DNA from: an uncultured Planctomycetales bacterium
GTDB taxonomy: Bacteria > Omnitrophota > Gorgyraeia > Zapsychrales > JANLHA01
Length of the DNA stretch: 64,000 nucleotides
Assembly (NCBI GenBank): GCA_964474085.1
Contig: CAYYRJ010000003.1
Span: 21,348-85,347 of the forward strand
Reading direction: 5' to 3'
The notes beneath the pieces were generated by a model that saw only the letters and a list, made by a program, of their open reading frames with translations, had not been told where the DNA came from and made no database searches. A program made the translations under genes and the position numbers. The stretch's first letter is position 1. Every line of letters begins with the position of its first letter. This document shows positions 35,696 through 44,643 of the stretch, piece after piece.

Positions 35696-37659
35696 GTCGT
35701 CATTAATTCCGATAGTTCTTTTCTTACTGACCGAGGGACAGGTAATGTTGTTGGAGGAATCCCGACTCGTCCCATAAAGGCAATATTGTTAATGGGAACT
35801 ATTTCCCCGAGCTTTAAAGCGAGTGTATCGGCACGTTTTTGCATATTCGAATTTGTCGTAAATGAAATTTTATTTTTGCCGTAATAGGCAAAAGCCACTG
35901 TGGCAACGGCCGGCTGCATCACAAGCCCCAGTTGAGTTAATTGCAGCCAAAATCTTTGCAAAGCTTCGCCCGTCGCTAATAATGTTTGTGTATTGGTAGC
36001 ATCGTTAGGATTTTTCCATTCAATAATGTAATGCGCTGCACAAAAAACTCTGGGCAAGAAATCCATCTCGAGTTGTGGAACAATGGCTCCACCTAAAAAT
36101 TTATTCATAACGTTGACCCGTTGCCAACTTTGAATGCTAAATTCCAGCAATTTCTGTGTCGGCAGCGAAATCCCGGCTGCCTTAATGGGAACTTTATCCG
36201 GACTAAAATCATTTTTAAAATCCATCATGTGCTTGTGGGTTTTGTAGGTTTCTTTGATGCTCAGACGAATCTGCGTTGATAAAGCATTTAAACGGCTTAT
36301 GGCCAGCCGTTGGGAAAAATTTTCAAACCAATGAATTTTAAATTGATTGCCCAAAGAGTTTTCTAATATTGATTTTTGTTTTTGGGTCAAAGGCCGCATC
36401 TTGTAAGGAAAACGGTTGACGGAACGGATTTTTATAAATGGAGCCAACAGGCTTTCTTTGATTAAAGCATCTTTTGTGATTTTAAAATGAACTTTATGCG
36501 TTTTAGGGCCAACCGATTCATACGTGTACTCTGTTCGATAACCCAAAGTTGATGCGGCGATACGAAAAGTTTCGATAAAAAATCCAATGGTCATAATGGA
36601 GGGTTTTCCTGCAAAGTCATAGGTGCTGTCTTCATTGTGAAAATGAAGAATAAATTCAGAGTCGCTGGTGACTTGAAATTGCCACGGTTGCGAGTTGTCT
36701 CCTGACGGTGACCATTTGGCCAGATCGAGGATAATTTCAAGAGTATTTTTAAATATGTGTAAGGAAGTTTTTTCAAAAGAATTAGTTGATGCTAATTTTT
36801 GTAAAAGTCGAGTTGCAAAAGCGATACGAAGTCGCTGGGCTAGATTACGCTTGCCGCCACGAAGGTACCCTTTTTTTAAAATGTTGCGATAGGAGTCAAA
36901 ATTTTGGAACCAGGGTGCAGCAAGAACTTGGCCACGGTTTAAAAGGATTTTTAGCGCTTCGGCTCCGACAACAGCTGCGCAGAGATTACAAGCAATGACT
37001 GTGGAAGGCCCCCGGTTTTCTTCCATATTAACAGCGGCAGGATAAGCCAGATAAAAGCGTTGTCCTGCCGACGGGTTAAGCCCCAAAAGAAATTTGATTT
37101 GATTTTTAAAAGGTGTTTTTGGGTCAAATCCGTAGTATTCGTCAAAACTCATTTTCCCTGGCATAAAAATTTGATAGGAAACACCCATGCCCAGCGGTGC
37201 AGCTGTAATGGCAGGAATATTTAACTGGTGGCAACGCTTAAAAACTTTTTGACGAATATCTAAAACAAAAAAATCAAGTCCATCGACGTAAAGATCGGTA
37301 TCTTTAAGAAAATCGTCAATGTTGGCTTCTGTCACGCCGTTTGTAAATGGGGTGATTTTGATATTAGGGTTAATGTCACACGCTATTTTTGAAAGAGTTT
37401 CAACCTTGGATTTATTTAGTGTACTGACAAAAGCGCCAGCTTGACGGTTAATATTGGCTAATTCAAAATTATCCAGATCGGCAATATGAAAATTTTCAAT
37501 TCCTAGCCGCGCCAAAGTCAAAAGATGGCTCCCCCCTACACCACCTAAGCCGGCAATCGCTATTTTTTTATTACGCAAAATTTGCTGTTCCCAAGCCGTG
37601 ACCCAACCGATATTTCGGCTAAAAGCTTTATCAAAATCAAAAATTTCGTTAGTATTCAT
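35692..37659 (-). CDS. fusion protein: N-terminal E1-like adenylyltransferase (ThiF/MoeB superfamily, TcdA-like) + C-terminal tandem nitroreductase-fold (SagB/McbC-like) domain
   Basis: KIAIAGLGGVGGSHLLTLARLGIENFHIADLDNFELANINRQ (E1 nucleotide-binding), no CxxC zinc motif (TcdA-like); C-terminal SPSGDNSQPWQF and RFPYKMRPLT nitroreductase signatures; 655 aa. Confidence 0.65.
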   Translation of the reverse strand: MNTNEIFDFDKAFSRNIGWVTAWEQQILRNKKIAIAGLGGVGGSHLLTLARLGIENFHIADLDNFELANINRQAGAFVSTLNKSKVETLSKIACDINPNIKITPFTNGVTEANIDDFLKDTDLYVDGLDFFVLDIRQKVFKRCHQLNIPAITAAPLGMGVSYQIFMPGKMSFDEYYGFDPKTPFKNQIKFLLGLNPSAGQRFYLAYPAAVNMEENRGPSTVIACNLCAAVVGAEALKILLNRGQVLAAPWFQNFDSYRNILKKGYLRGGKRNLAQRLRIAFATRLLQKLASTNSFEKTSLHIFKNTLEIILDLAKWSPSGDNSQPWQFQVTSDSEFILHFHNEDSTYDFAGKPSIMTIGFFIETFRIAASTLGYRTEYTYESVGPKTHKVHFKITKDALIKESLLAPFIKIRSVNRFPYKMRPLTQKQKSILENSLGNQFKIHWFENFSQRLAISRLNALSTQIRLSIKETYKTHKHMMDFKNDFSPDKVPIKAAGISLPTQKLLEFSIQSWQRVNVMNKFLGGAIVPQLEMDFLPRVFCAAHYIIEWKNPNDATNTQTLLATGEALQRFWLQLTQLGLVMQPAVATVAFAYYGKNKISFTTNSNMQKRADTLALKLGEIVPINNIAFMGRVGIPPTTLPVPRSVRKELSELMTT

Positions 37660-37665
37660 ATTTTC

Positions 37666-37902
37666 TTATTCGCTGGTTTGTTGTGATCGGGTGGTTATAG
37701 CTGTATCGAGGATTTTTTTTGTGCTGTCCAAAGTGCTTTTGTAGCTCGACGAATCTAGGCTGGTTTGCTTGAAATAGTTATTTGTATTTGCAGTCTTCTT
37801 ATCCTTTGAGATAAAAAAGTAAATTAGACCAATAATAGCCAATGCGAACAGAATTGAAAGTAAACCCATACCCTTGTTGTTTGATAATCGATGGATGTGC
37901 AT
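37666..37902 (-). CDS. small membrane protein with Ser/Thr-rich C-terminal tail
   Basis: GMGLLSILFALAIIGLIYFFI TM helix then TSLDSSSYKSTLDSTKKILDTAITTRSQQTSE; lies between the prepilin gene and the E1-nitroreductase fusion. Confidence 0.35.
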   Translation of the reverse strand: MHIHRLSNNKGMGLLSILFALAIIGLIYFFISKDKKTANTNNYFKQTSLDSSSYKSTLDSTKKILDTAITTRSQQTSE

Positions 37903-37916
37903 TTTTATAAAAATTT

Positions 37917-38306
37917 TTAAAATTCCTCGAGCACGGCACCTGTTGAAATTGTATAGCTGTGTTTTCCAGTTGAACTGCTCATCGGCACGGCAGATATAAA
38001 ATAGGAATACGGATCTAAAACGTCCGCCACATAAGTAAACCCGTTTCGCCCTGTTGTAAAATAATCTGAATTCAAATACGGTGGGGTTGCCCCAACGAGT
38101 GATGTTGTATCCTCAGGATATTCATTATTTAATGCGTAGTAATTTTCAAGTGAACTTGATATGGTCCGCAGTGTTGCTTGCGCGGACGATTCGTTGGCTT
38201 GAATTTTAGCTCGGATGAGATTTGGCATAGCAATTGTTGCCAAAAGCGCAATGATGACAACGATAATCAAAATCTCAATGAGGGTAAATCCGTTTTTATT
38301 TTTCAT
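37917..38306 (-). CDS. prepilin-type N-terminal cleavage/methylation domain protein (type IV pilin / pseudopilin)
   Basis: MKNKNGFTLIEILIIVVIIALLATIA: canonical G-FTLIE class III signal peptide. Confidence 0.8.
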   Translation of the reverse strand: MKNKNGFTLIEILIIVVIIALLATIAMPNLIRAKIQANESSAQATLRTISSSLENYYALNNEYPEDTTSLVGATPPYLNSDYFTTGRNGFTYVADVLDPYSYFISAVPMSSSTGKHSYTISTGAVLEEF

Positions 38307-38953
38307 TTTTTATTTCCAAGCAAAGGTTTAATTTTGAAATATTCGCCGGGAGTATATCCGCCATAATTTTTTGTTGGTGTCGGTGGTGGTGTATTTTGTT
38401 CAATCGGGGTATTTGCCGTAGGCGTTGGTGTAACGACTGGGACAGTAACTTGTGGATTTAAAGCGTTTCGGATAGCGTTGATATCGTTGCCAAAAATAAT
38501 TTTTCCTCCAACGCGGGTCATTGGAAGTTGTGCGTTTTGCAAAGTTTTGTAAAAGTCTATTGCGGCTGGTGAACTTTCAACATCATATACCGAAAACTTA
38601 ATTTTATGGACGTCAAGAAGCGTTAGCAGACGCGTACAGTCTTGACAGTCAGATTTAACAAAAACTTCAACAGGAGTATTTAAGTTTTGCGGTGTCGGAA
38701 TCGTACTTAAGTTTTGTGGTTGGGTAGTTTGTTCTGCGTTTTCCGGCACGACAGAGACTGGCTTGTTATTTTCAATTTTTTTGAGTTGTTCTTCAACTTG
38801 GCTTAAATATTGGTCCGGAACTTTATTATAATCGGTGTTTACGATGTGTTTTTTACCATGGATATCTGTGTAGTTGACAAAGGCCGCTTCGCCGGAGGTG
38901 ATAAACGAAACGGACAAGAGAAGAAGTAGCAAAAGCTTATAGCAGGTTTTCAT
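38303..38953 (-). CDS. secreted thioredoxin-fold (glutaredoxin-like CxxC) protein with Pro/Thr-rich C-terminus
   Basis: Signal peptide MKTCYKLLLLLLLSVSFITSGEA; VFVKSDCQDCTRLL CxxC in Grx-like context. Confidence 0.35.
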   Translation of the reverse strand: MKTCYKLLLLLLLSVSFITSGEAAFVNYTDIHGKKHIVNTDYNKVPDQYLSQVEEQLKKIENNKPVSVVPENAEQTTQPQNLSTIPTPQNLNTPVEVFVKSDCQDCTRLLTLLDVHKIKFSVYDVESSPAAIDFYKTLQNAQLPMTRVGGKIIFGNDINAIRNALNPQVTVPVVTPTPTANTPIEQNTPPPTPTKNYGGYTPGEYFKIKPLLGNKK

Positions 38954-39092
38954 AGATGTTTAATTTATATCATAATCCGTGATAAAAAACTAAAAAAATC
39001 AAATTTTTAACCCTTTAGCGCGCCGGTTGCAATATTAAGGAAATAGGCTATAATTTACGGAATTTCTATCACATATATTAGAGTAAACACTT

Positions 39093-40073
39093 ATGAAAAT
39101 CGGCTCTATCACTATTGATCATCCTCTCTGTCTTGCTCCGATGGAAGACGTGACCGACTTGTCTTTTCGCCGAATTTCGAGAGAATTAGGCGCAGATATT
39201 GTCTTTACTGAATTTACAAGTAGCGAAGCGCTCATTCGCGATATTCCCAAGGCTTTGCGAAAAATCAAAATTTGTGATGAAGAGCGTCCCGTGGGGATTC
39301 AAATTTATGGCGGCGTTGAAGCGTCGATGGATGGCGCGGCCAAAGTTGCGGAAAGTTTTCATCCGGATTTTATTGATATCAATTGCGGCTGTTGGGTCAA
39401 AAATCATGTTCAGCGCTGTGAGTGTGCCGGGTTGCTGCGGGATTTGGCCAAATTTGAACGGATTGTCAAGGCTGTGGTTCGTGGGACAAAGTTGCCGGTT
39501 ACAGTTAAAACACGCTTAGGTTGGGATGAGAATTCCATTGTTATTCTCGACGTCGCTCGTATGCTTGAGAACATCGGTGTCGCGGCGTTGACGATTCATT
39601 GTCGCACGCGCATGCAAGGTTATAAAGGTTTGGCTGATTGGCGTTGGCTCGAAAAAATCCGCAAGGTGATTTCTATCCCTCTTATTGGTAACGGTGATGT
39701 GATTACCCCATATGATGTTCGCGCGATGTTTCAAACCGGCTGTGATGGCGTTATGATCGGGCGCGGGGCTATCAGCAATCCTTTTCTGTTTCGTGAGGCG
39801 AAATATTATTTAAAATCCGGAACACTTATGCCGCCGGCGTCACTGGAAGAACGTGTCCAACTGTGTTTGCGCCATCTGCATTTAAGCATTGAGTATAAAG
39901 GCCTAAACCGCGGGATCATTGAGTTTCGCAAATATTATGTCGGGTATTTTCATGGCCAGCCGAATATTGCCAAATTGCGTGCGGATTTGATGCAAATGAC
40001 CGATTTGGATGTTATTACCCGTCGGCTCTATGAGTATCTAGAAGAAACTTTCCCGTTAGTCCTTAGCGCTTAA
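39093..40073 (+). CDS. tRNA-dihydrouridine synthase
   Basis: LCLAPMEDVTDLSFRRI, IDINCGC, TIHCRTR blocks of the Dus family; 326 aa. Confidence 0.85.
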   Translation: MKIGSITIDHPLCLAPMEDVTDLSFRRISRELGADIVFTEFTSSEALIRDIPKALRKIKICDEERPVGIQIYGGVEASMDGAAKVAESFHPDFIDINCGCWVKNHVQRCECAGLLRDLAKFERIVKAVVRGTKLPVTVKTRLGWDENSIVILDVARMLENIGVAALTIHCRTRMQGYKGLADWRWLEKIRKVISIPLIGNGDVITPYDVRAMFQTGCDGVMIGRGAISNPFLFREAKYYLKSGTLMPPASLEERVQLCLRHLHLSIEYKGLNRGIIEFRKYYVGYFHGQPNIAKLRADLMQMTDLDVITRRLYEYLEETFPLVLSA

Positions 40074-40086
40074 GAAAGAGGTATTT

Positions 40087-41478
40087 ATGAAGAAATTCGA
40101 TGTGATTGTGATCGGGTCCGGCGGCGGCAGCAAAATCGCCTCCCCTGCCTCAAAACTCGGGTTAAAAGTTGCAATGATCGAAAAAGGCCCTTTAGGCGGA
40201 ACATGTCTAAACCGCGGCTGTATCCCTTCAAAGATGCTCATTTATCCTGCCGAGGTTGCCGTGGCCGTCCGTGATGCCCATCAATTTAATATTAAAAATG
40301 ACCCTGCGTTTTCGGTGGATTTTGCAAAACTTGTTGAGCGAATTTCCAAAACGGTTGATACTGATTCAGCGAGCATCTCGGCGGGGTATGCCCGCAATTC
40401 CAATATCACCTATTACCCTGGCGAAGGAAAATTTATCGCTGACAAAGTTTTGCAGGTTTTGGGTGAAGAAATTACGGCGGACAAGATTTTCATTACCGTT
40501 GGCGCCAGGCCGCAAATTCCGGATATCCCGGGCCTTGCGGGAACGCCGTTTATGACGTCGACGGAAGCTTTGCGTAACAAAATTTTACCGAAATCGATGA
40601 TTGTTTTAGGCGGCGGGTATATTGCAACCGAACTGGGGTTTGCGTATGGGGCATTTGGCAGTGAGGTTCACTTTTTGGTGCGAACGACTCTCTTGCGGCA
40701 TGAAGACCGCCAGACCGCCGATGAATTCCAAAAGGTTTTTTCGCAAAATCATCATGTGAACTTGCACACAACGATTAAGAGTGTCGACTACGCTAATGGA
40801 GAATTCACGGTTTTTTATTCGCAGGATGGCGTTGCTAAACACATTTCTGCCGAAAGTTTGCTTGTTGCCACCGGGGTTGTCCCCAATACAGATACTTTGA
40901 ATTTGGAAAGGACAGGGATTCTACTTGATAAAAATGGTTTTGTGCAAGTTGATGATCGTTTGCAAACAACCGTTGATGGTGTGTATGCTTTTGGCGATTG
41001 CATTGGCCGGTATCTTTATCGGCACAGCGCTAACTTTGAAGGGGAATATCTTTTTGAAAATGTTTTTGTCCATCCTTCGAGCGTGCCGATTGATTATCCG
41101 CCCGTGCCGCATGCGGTTTTTTCACATCCGCAAATTGCCGGGGTTGGTTTGACCGAAGAAGAAACGAAAGCCGCCGGCATTGACTATGTCGTCGGGGTTA
41201 ATCATTATCAAAACAGCGCTATGGGCATGGCGATGCTTTCGAATTACGGCTTTGTCAAAATTATCATTGAACGCAACACTCGCGAGATCTTAGGGGCGCA
41301 TATCGTCGGAGCAGAGGCAGCCAATATGATCCACATGTTGATTGCTTTTATGAGCAAAAATTCAACACTTGATGATCTTTTGAACATGATTTATATTCAT
41401 CCGGCCTTACCGGAAATTGTCCGCAACGCCGCCCGCAAAGCCAAAGCAGCGCTAGAAATGCAAATGGCTAAAAGATAA
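40087..41478 (+). CDS. class I pyridine nucleotide-disulfide oxidoreductase, dihydrolipoyl dehydrogenase family
   Basis: FDVIVIGSGGGS FAD motif and GGTCLNRGCIPSK redox-active disulfide; C-terminal dimerisation domain; 463 aa. Confidence 0.65.
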   Translation: MKKFDVIVIGSGGGSKIASPASKLGLKVAMIEKGPLGGTCLNRGCIPSKMLIYPAEVAVAVRDAHQFNIKNDPAFSVDFAKLVERISKTVDTDSASISAGYARNSNITYYPGEGKFIADKVLQVLGEEITADKIFITVGARPQIPDIPGLAGTPFMTSTEALRNKILPKSMIVLGGGYIATELGFAYGAFGSEVHFLVRTTLLRHEDRQTADEFQKVFSQNHHVNLHTTIKSVDYANGEFTVFYSQDGVAKHISAESLLVATGVVPNTDTLNLERTGILLDKNGFVQVDDRLQTTVDGVYAFGDCIGRYLYRHSANFEGEYLFENVFVHPSSVPIDYPPVPHAVFSHPQIAGVGLTEEETKAAGIDYVVGVNHYQNSAMGMAMLSNYGFVKIIIERNTREILGAHIVGAEAANMIHMLIAFMSKNSTLDDLLNMIYIHPALPEIVRNAARKAKAALEMQMAKR

Positions 41479-41522
41479 ACACTCGACAATGTTTAGAATT
41501 TGAGCAATAATGTTCCAAAATT

Positions 41523-42812
41523 ATGCCAAACGAAAATTTAAACAGTATCGCCATTGTCAATCCCTTGATCTTAGAGCGGATACGCGCCAAACAATCGGCG
41601 ATTCACGCTTGGTTAAATAGCCTCGAAGGCAGCAATGAACTTCCTCTTTACTCGTCGGTAGATATCCGCGATGCCGGTTTTAAAATTGCCGTTGTTGATA
41701 CCAATATTTTTCCTGCCGGTTTTAATAATCTTTGCGAACACGGGTTGGACGATGCCGTCGCGTTAATGAAAGCGGCGATTTTAAAACGTGTCCCTGCCTG
41801 CCAGGATATTTTGCTGATCACCGAAGAGCACACGCGCAATGTTTGGTATTTGGAAAATATCCGCATTTTGCAGGAAATTATTATCAAAGCCGGATTTAAT
41901 GCCAAGATTGCAACATTTATGAGCGTTCAGCCGGACTTTTGCAATACAGCCAATTATGTCGAACTAGAAACGGCGACCGGTAAGCCGGTGAGGATATTTT
42001 GTTTGAAAAAATTGCTCGCCAAGTTTGAGGCCGGCGCCGGTAATTATGATTTGATCATTCTTAACAACGACCTGACAACTGGCATTCCAGAAATTTTGAA
42101 GAATTCTAAAATCCCGATTTACCCGTCGATACAAGCCGGATGGCATTCGCGTCTTAAGTCACAACATTTTCGCCTCACCCATGAGCTTATGGAAGAATTT
42201 GCGCGGATTGTGGATTTTGATCCGTGGCTTTTTTCAGCCTATTTTGATATTGTCGATAATGTCAATATTAATGATCAGGTCGACCGCATGCGTTTGTATG
42301 CGGCGGCTATGCAATTGTTTTCTAAGATTGCTGAAAAATACCGCAAGGAAAATATTTCCGAAAAGCCGTATATTGTCGTCAAGTCTGACTCTGGCACCTA
42401 TGGGATGGGTGTTATGGCCATTGAAAACCCGCAGGAAATTCTTGATCTTAACCGGAAAGAAAAAAACAAATTACACGTCGGAAAAGGCGCTCAAGTGATC
42501 GATCGTTATCTTTTGCAGGAAGGTGTGCCGACGATACACAATATCGATAATCAGGTCAGTGAAGTTTGCCTTTATCAGATTGATAATCATTTTGTCGGCG
42601 GATTTTATCGCTCGCATGCCCAAAAAAGCGAACGGGATAATCTTAATTCGCAAGGCGCAGAATTTAAACGGATGTGCCCACATTTGAAGAAATATGGAGA
42701 TAGTTGTGTGCATGATAATTTAACGTTGTTTGATATTTATCGTATTTTAGCTCGTATTGCCGGCATTGCGGCGCATCGGGAAATCATGGCTTTGGAGGCA
42801 AGAACGAAATGA
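41523..42812 (+). CDS. putative glutamate--cysteine ligase (assigned mainly from context immediately upstream of gshB)
   Basis: 429 aa; no motif I can verify by eye; position directly upstream of glutathione synthetase and glutaredoxins suggests gshA-like role. Confidence 0.4.
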   Translation: MPNENLNSIAIVNPLILERIRAKQSAIHAWLNSLEGSNELPLYSSVDIRDAGFKIAVVDTNIFPAGFNNLCEHGLDDAVALMKAAILKRVPACQDILLITEEHTRNVWYLENIRILQEIIIKAGFNAKIATFMSVQPDFCNTANYVELETATGKPVRIFCLKKLLAKFEAGAGNYDLIILNNDLTTGIPEILKNSKIPIYPSIQAGWHSRLKSQHFRLTHELMEEFARIVDFDPWLFSAYFDIVDNVNINDQVDRMRLYAAAMQLFSKIAEKYRKENISEKPYIVVKSDSGTYGMGVMAIENPQEILDLNRKEKNKLHVGKGAQVIDRYLLQEGVPTIHNIDNQVSEVCLYQIDNHFVGGFYRSHAQKSERDNLNSQGAEFKRMCPHLKKYGDSCVHDNLTLFDIYRILARIAGIAAHREIMALEARTK

Positions 42813-42851
42813 CCGGCGTTAATTTTCTATACGGAGGGAATACTTTTTAGT

Positions 42852-43802
42852 ATGAAATTTGTATTTCTTATGGATCCGCTGGAAAGTGTCATTTTTGAAA
42901 AAGACACGACCTTTGTTCTTATGCTCGGCGCCAAAGAGCGAGGGCATCAGATTTATTTTTTGCCATCCGACGGGATAACGTTGAAAAACGGTCAAATTGT
43001 TTTTGATGTGACGCAGGTGGTCCCCCAGCGGATTAAATCGCAGCCGTTTATTATTAAGCAAAAACTTAAATTGTCCGCCAAAGATGTCGACGTTGTTTTT
43101 ATTCGCACGGATCCTCCCTTTGGCGAAAAGTATCTGATGCATACGTGGCTTTTGGACCAGTTGCCGGACAACGTTGTGGTTATGAATCGTCCTTCCGGTA
43201 TACGGACAGTGAATGAAAAGATATGGGCGATGCAGTTTACCGCTCTTCTGCCGCCAACGATGGTTAGTTGCCATCGTCAGGAGCTTTTAGATTTTATAGC
43301 TAAAGAAAAAGATGTTATCGCCAAACCGACCAATGGTCACGGCGGGAAATCAGTTTTTCGTATCAAAAAAGGCGACACCAATACGCATGTGATTTTAGAA
43401 ACGTTAAGTGAACGCTTTCAGACAGAAATTATTTTACAAAAATATGTACCTGCTGCCGCCAAAGGCGACAAGCGGATTTTGCTTTTGAATGGCGAACCTT
43501 TAGGTGCTGTTTTGCGTGTCCATGCCAAAGATGATCATCGCAATAATTTTTTCTCCGGCGGCAAAGCATATCCGGCAAAGCTGACAGCTCGCGATAAAGA
43601 AGTGATGGGCGTTTTAAAACCGCATTTGCGGCGTTTGGGCTTGTATTTTGTAGGAATTGATATGTTAGGGGATTATTTGACGGAAGTCAATGTGACTTCC
43701 CCGACGTGCTTGCAGGAAATGAATCGTTTTTTGGGTCAAAAGTTAGAAAAAAATGTGATCGCCTTTGCTGAAGGCTTGGTCCGCGAAAGGACATCCGCAT
43801 GA
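42852..43802 (+). CDS. gshB: glutathione synthetase (prokaryotic ATP-grasp type)
   Basis: MKFVFLMDPLESVIFEKDTTFVLMLGAKERGHQIYF matches the GshB N-terminal domain; ATP-grasp C-terminus; 316 aa. Confidence 0.8.
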   Translation: MKFVFLMDPLESVIFEKDTTFVLMLGAKERGHQIYFLPSDGITLKNGQIVFDVTQVVPQRIKSQPFIIKQKLKLSAKDVDVVFIRTDPPFGEKYLMHTWLLDQLPDNVVVMNRPSGIRTVNEKIWAMQFTALLPPTMVSCHRQELLDFIAKEKDVIAKPTNGHGGKSVFRIKKGDTNTHVILETLSERFQTEIILQKYVPAAAKGDKRILLLNGEPLGAVLRVHAKDDHRNNFFSGGKAYPAKLTARDKEVMGVLKPHLRRLGLYFVGIDMLGDYLTEVNVTSPTCLQEMNRFLGQKLEKNVIAFAEGLVRERTSA

Positions 43803-44053
43803 CCGATTTAGTGCTGTACTATATGCCGACCTGTCCTTTTTGTCAGAAGGTCATCGGTTTTATGAAAAAAAACGACATCGAAGTAGCGATGAAAGATACT
43901 TTGATCAATCAGGAGTTTCGTCAGGAACTTTTAGGAATTGGCGGAAAAACACAGGTCCCTTGTCTTGTGATCGACGGCAAAGCCCTTTATGAATCGGATG
44001 ATATCATAATGTGGTTTAAAGAAAATTGGAAAAAAGTAAAGCAGGAGTGGTAA
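43799..44053 (+). CDS. glutaredoxin
   Basis: LYYMPTCPFCQKV CPFC active site; 84 aa. Confidence 0.8.
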   Translation: MTDLVLYYMPTCPFCQKVIGFMKKNDIEVAMKDTLINQEFRQELLGIGGKTQVPCLVIDGKALYESDDIIMWFKENWKKVKQEW

Positions 44054-44317
44054 ATGTCCCTTTTAAAAGAACTTCAAGAAAAAATTGAAAAACTTGTTCC
44101 CCATTCAACCGTTTATGTTCTTGATCCTCGGCGAGATGGACAGCATTTGCAGGCGCTGGTCATCAGTCCGGTTTTTGAGGGCATGCCGCTTGTCAAACAG
44201 CATCAAATGGTGATGACGCCGCTAAAACAAGATTTTAGCTCGTCTTTGCACGCTTTGGGTTTAAAGACTTTTACGCCGGAAAAATGGCAAGAGGTTAAAG
44301 GTCAATATCACTTATAA
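44054..44317 (+). CDS. BolA family protein
   Basis: 87 aa; PRRDGQHLQALVISPVFEGMPLVKQHQMV resembles BolA core; sits between two glutaredoxins (BolA-Grx partnership). Confidence 0.6.
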   Translation: MSLLKELQEKIEKLVPHSTVYVLDPRRDGQHLQALVISPVFEGMPLVKQHQMVMTPLKQDFSSSLHALGLKTFTPEKWQEVKGQYHL

Positions 44318-44326
44318 GGAGGAAAA

Positions 44327-44638
44327 ATGGACGCACAATTACAAAAGCGTATCGAGGATCAACTTAAAAGCAACAAGGTTATTTTGTTTATGAAAGGCAC
44401 TCCGCAAATGCCGCAATGCGGATTTTCGGCCAAAGCGTTAGACATGCTACGAACCTATCAAGTTCCTTTTGTGACATTTAATATTCTCAACGACGAGGAT
44501 ATTCGGCAAGGCCTTAAAGAATACTCTGATTGGCCGACCTATCCGCAGCTTTATGTTAATGCACAACTTGTCGGCGGCTGTGACATCATAGCCCAACTGC
44601 ATGAGAACGGCGAGCTTAAGGAGATTTTACAAAAATAA
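44327..44638 (+). CDS. monothiol glutaredoxin (Grx4 family, CGFS)
   Basis: VILFMKGTPQMPQCGFSAKALDML with CGFS active site; 103 aa. Confidence 0.85.
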   Translation: MDAQLQKRIEDQLKSNKVILFMKGTPQMPQCGFSAKALDMLRTYQVPFVTFNILNDEDIRQGLKEYSDWPTYPQLYVNAQLVGGCDIIAQLHENGELKEILQK

Positions 44639-44643
44639 CGTAT

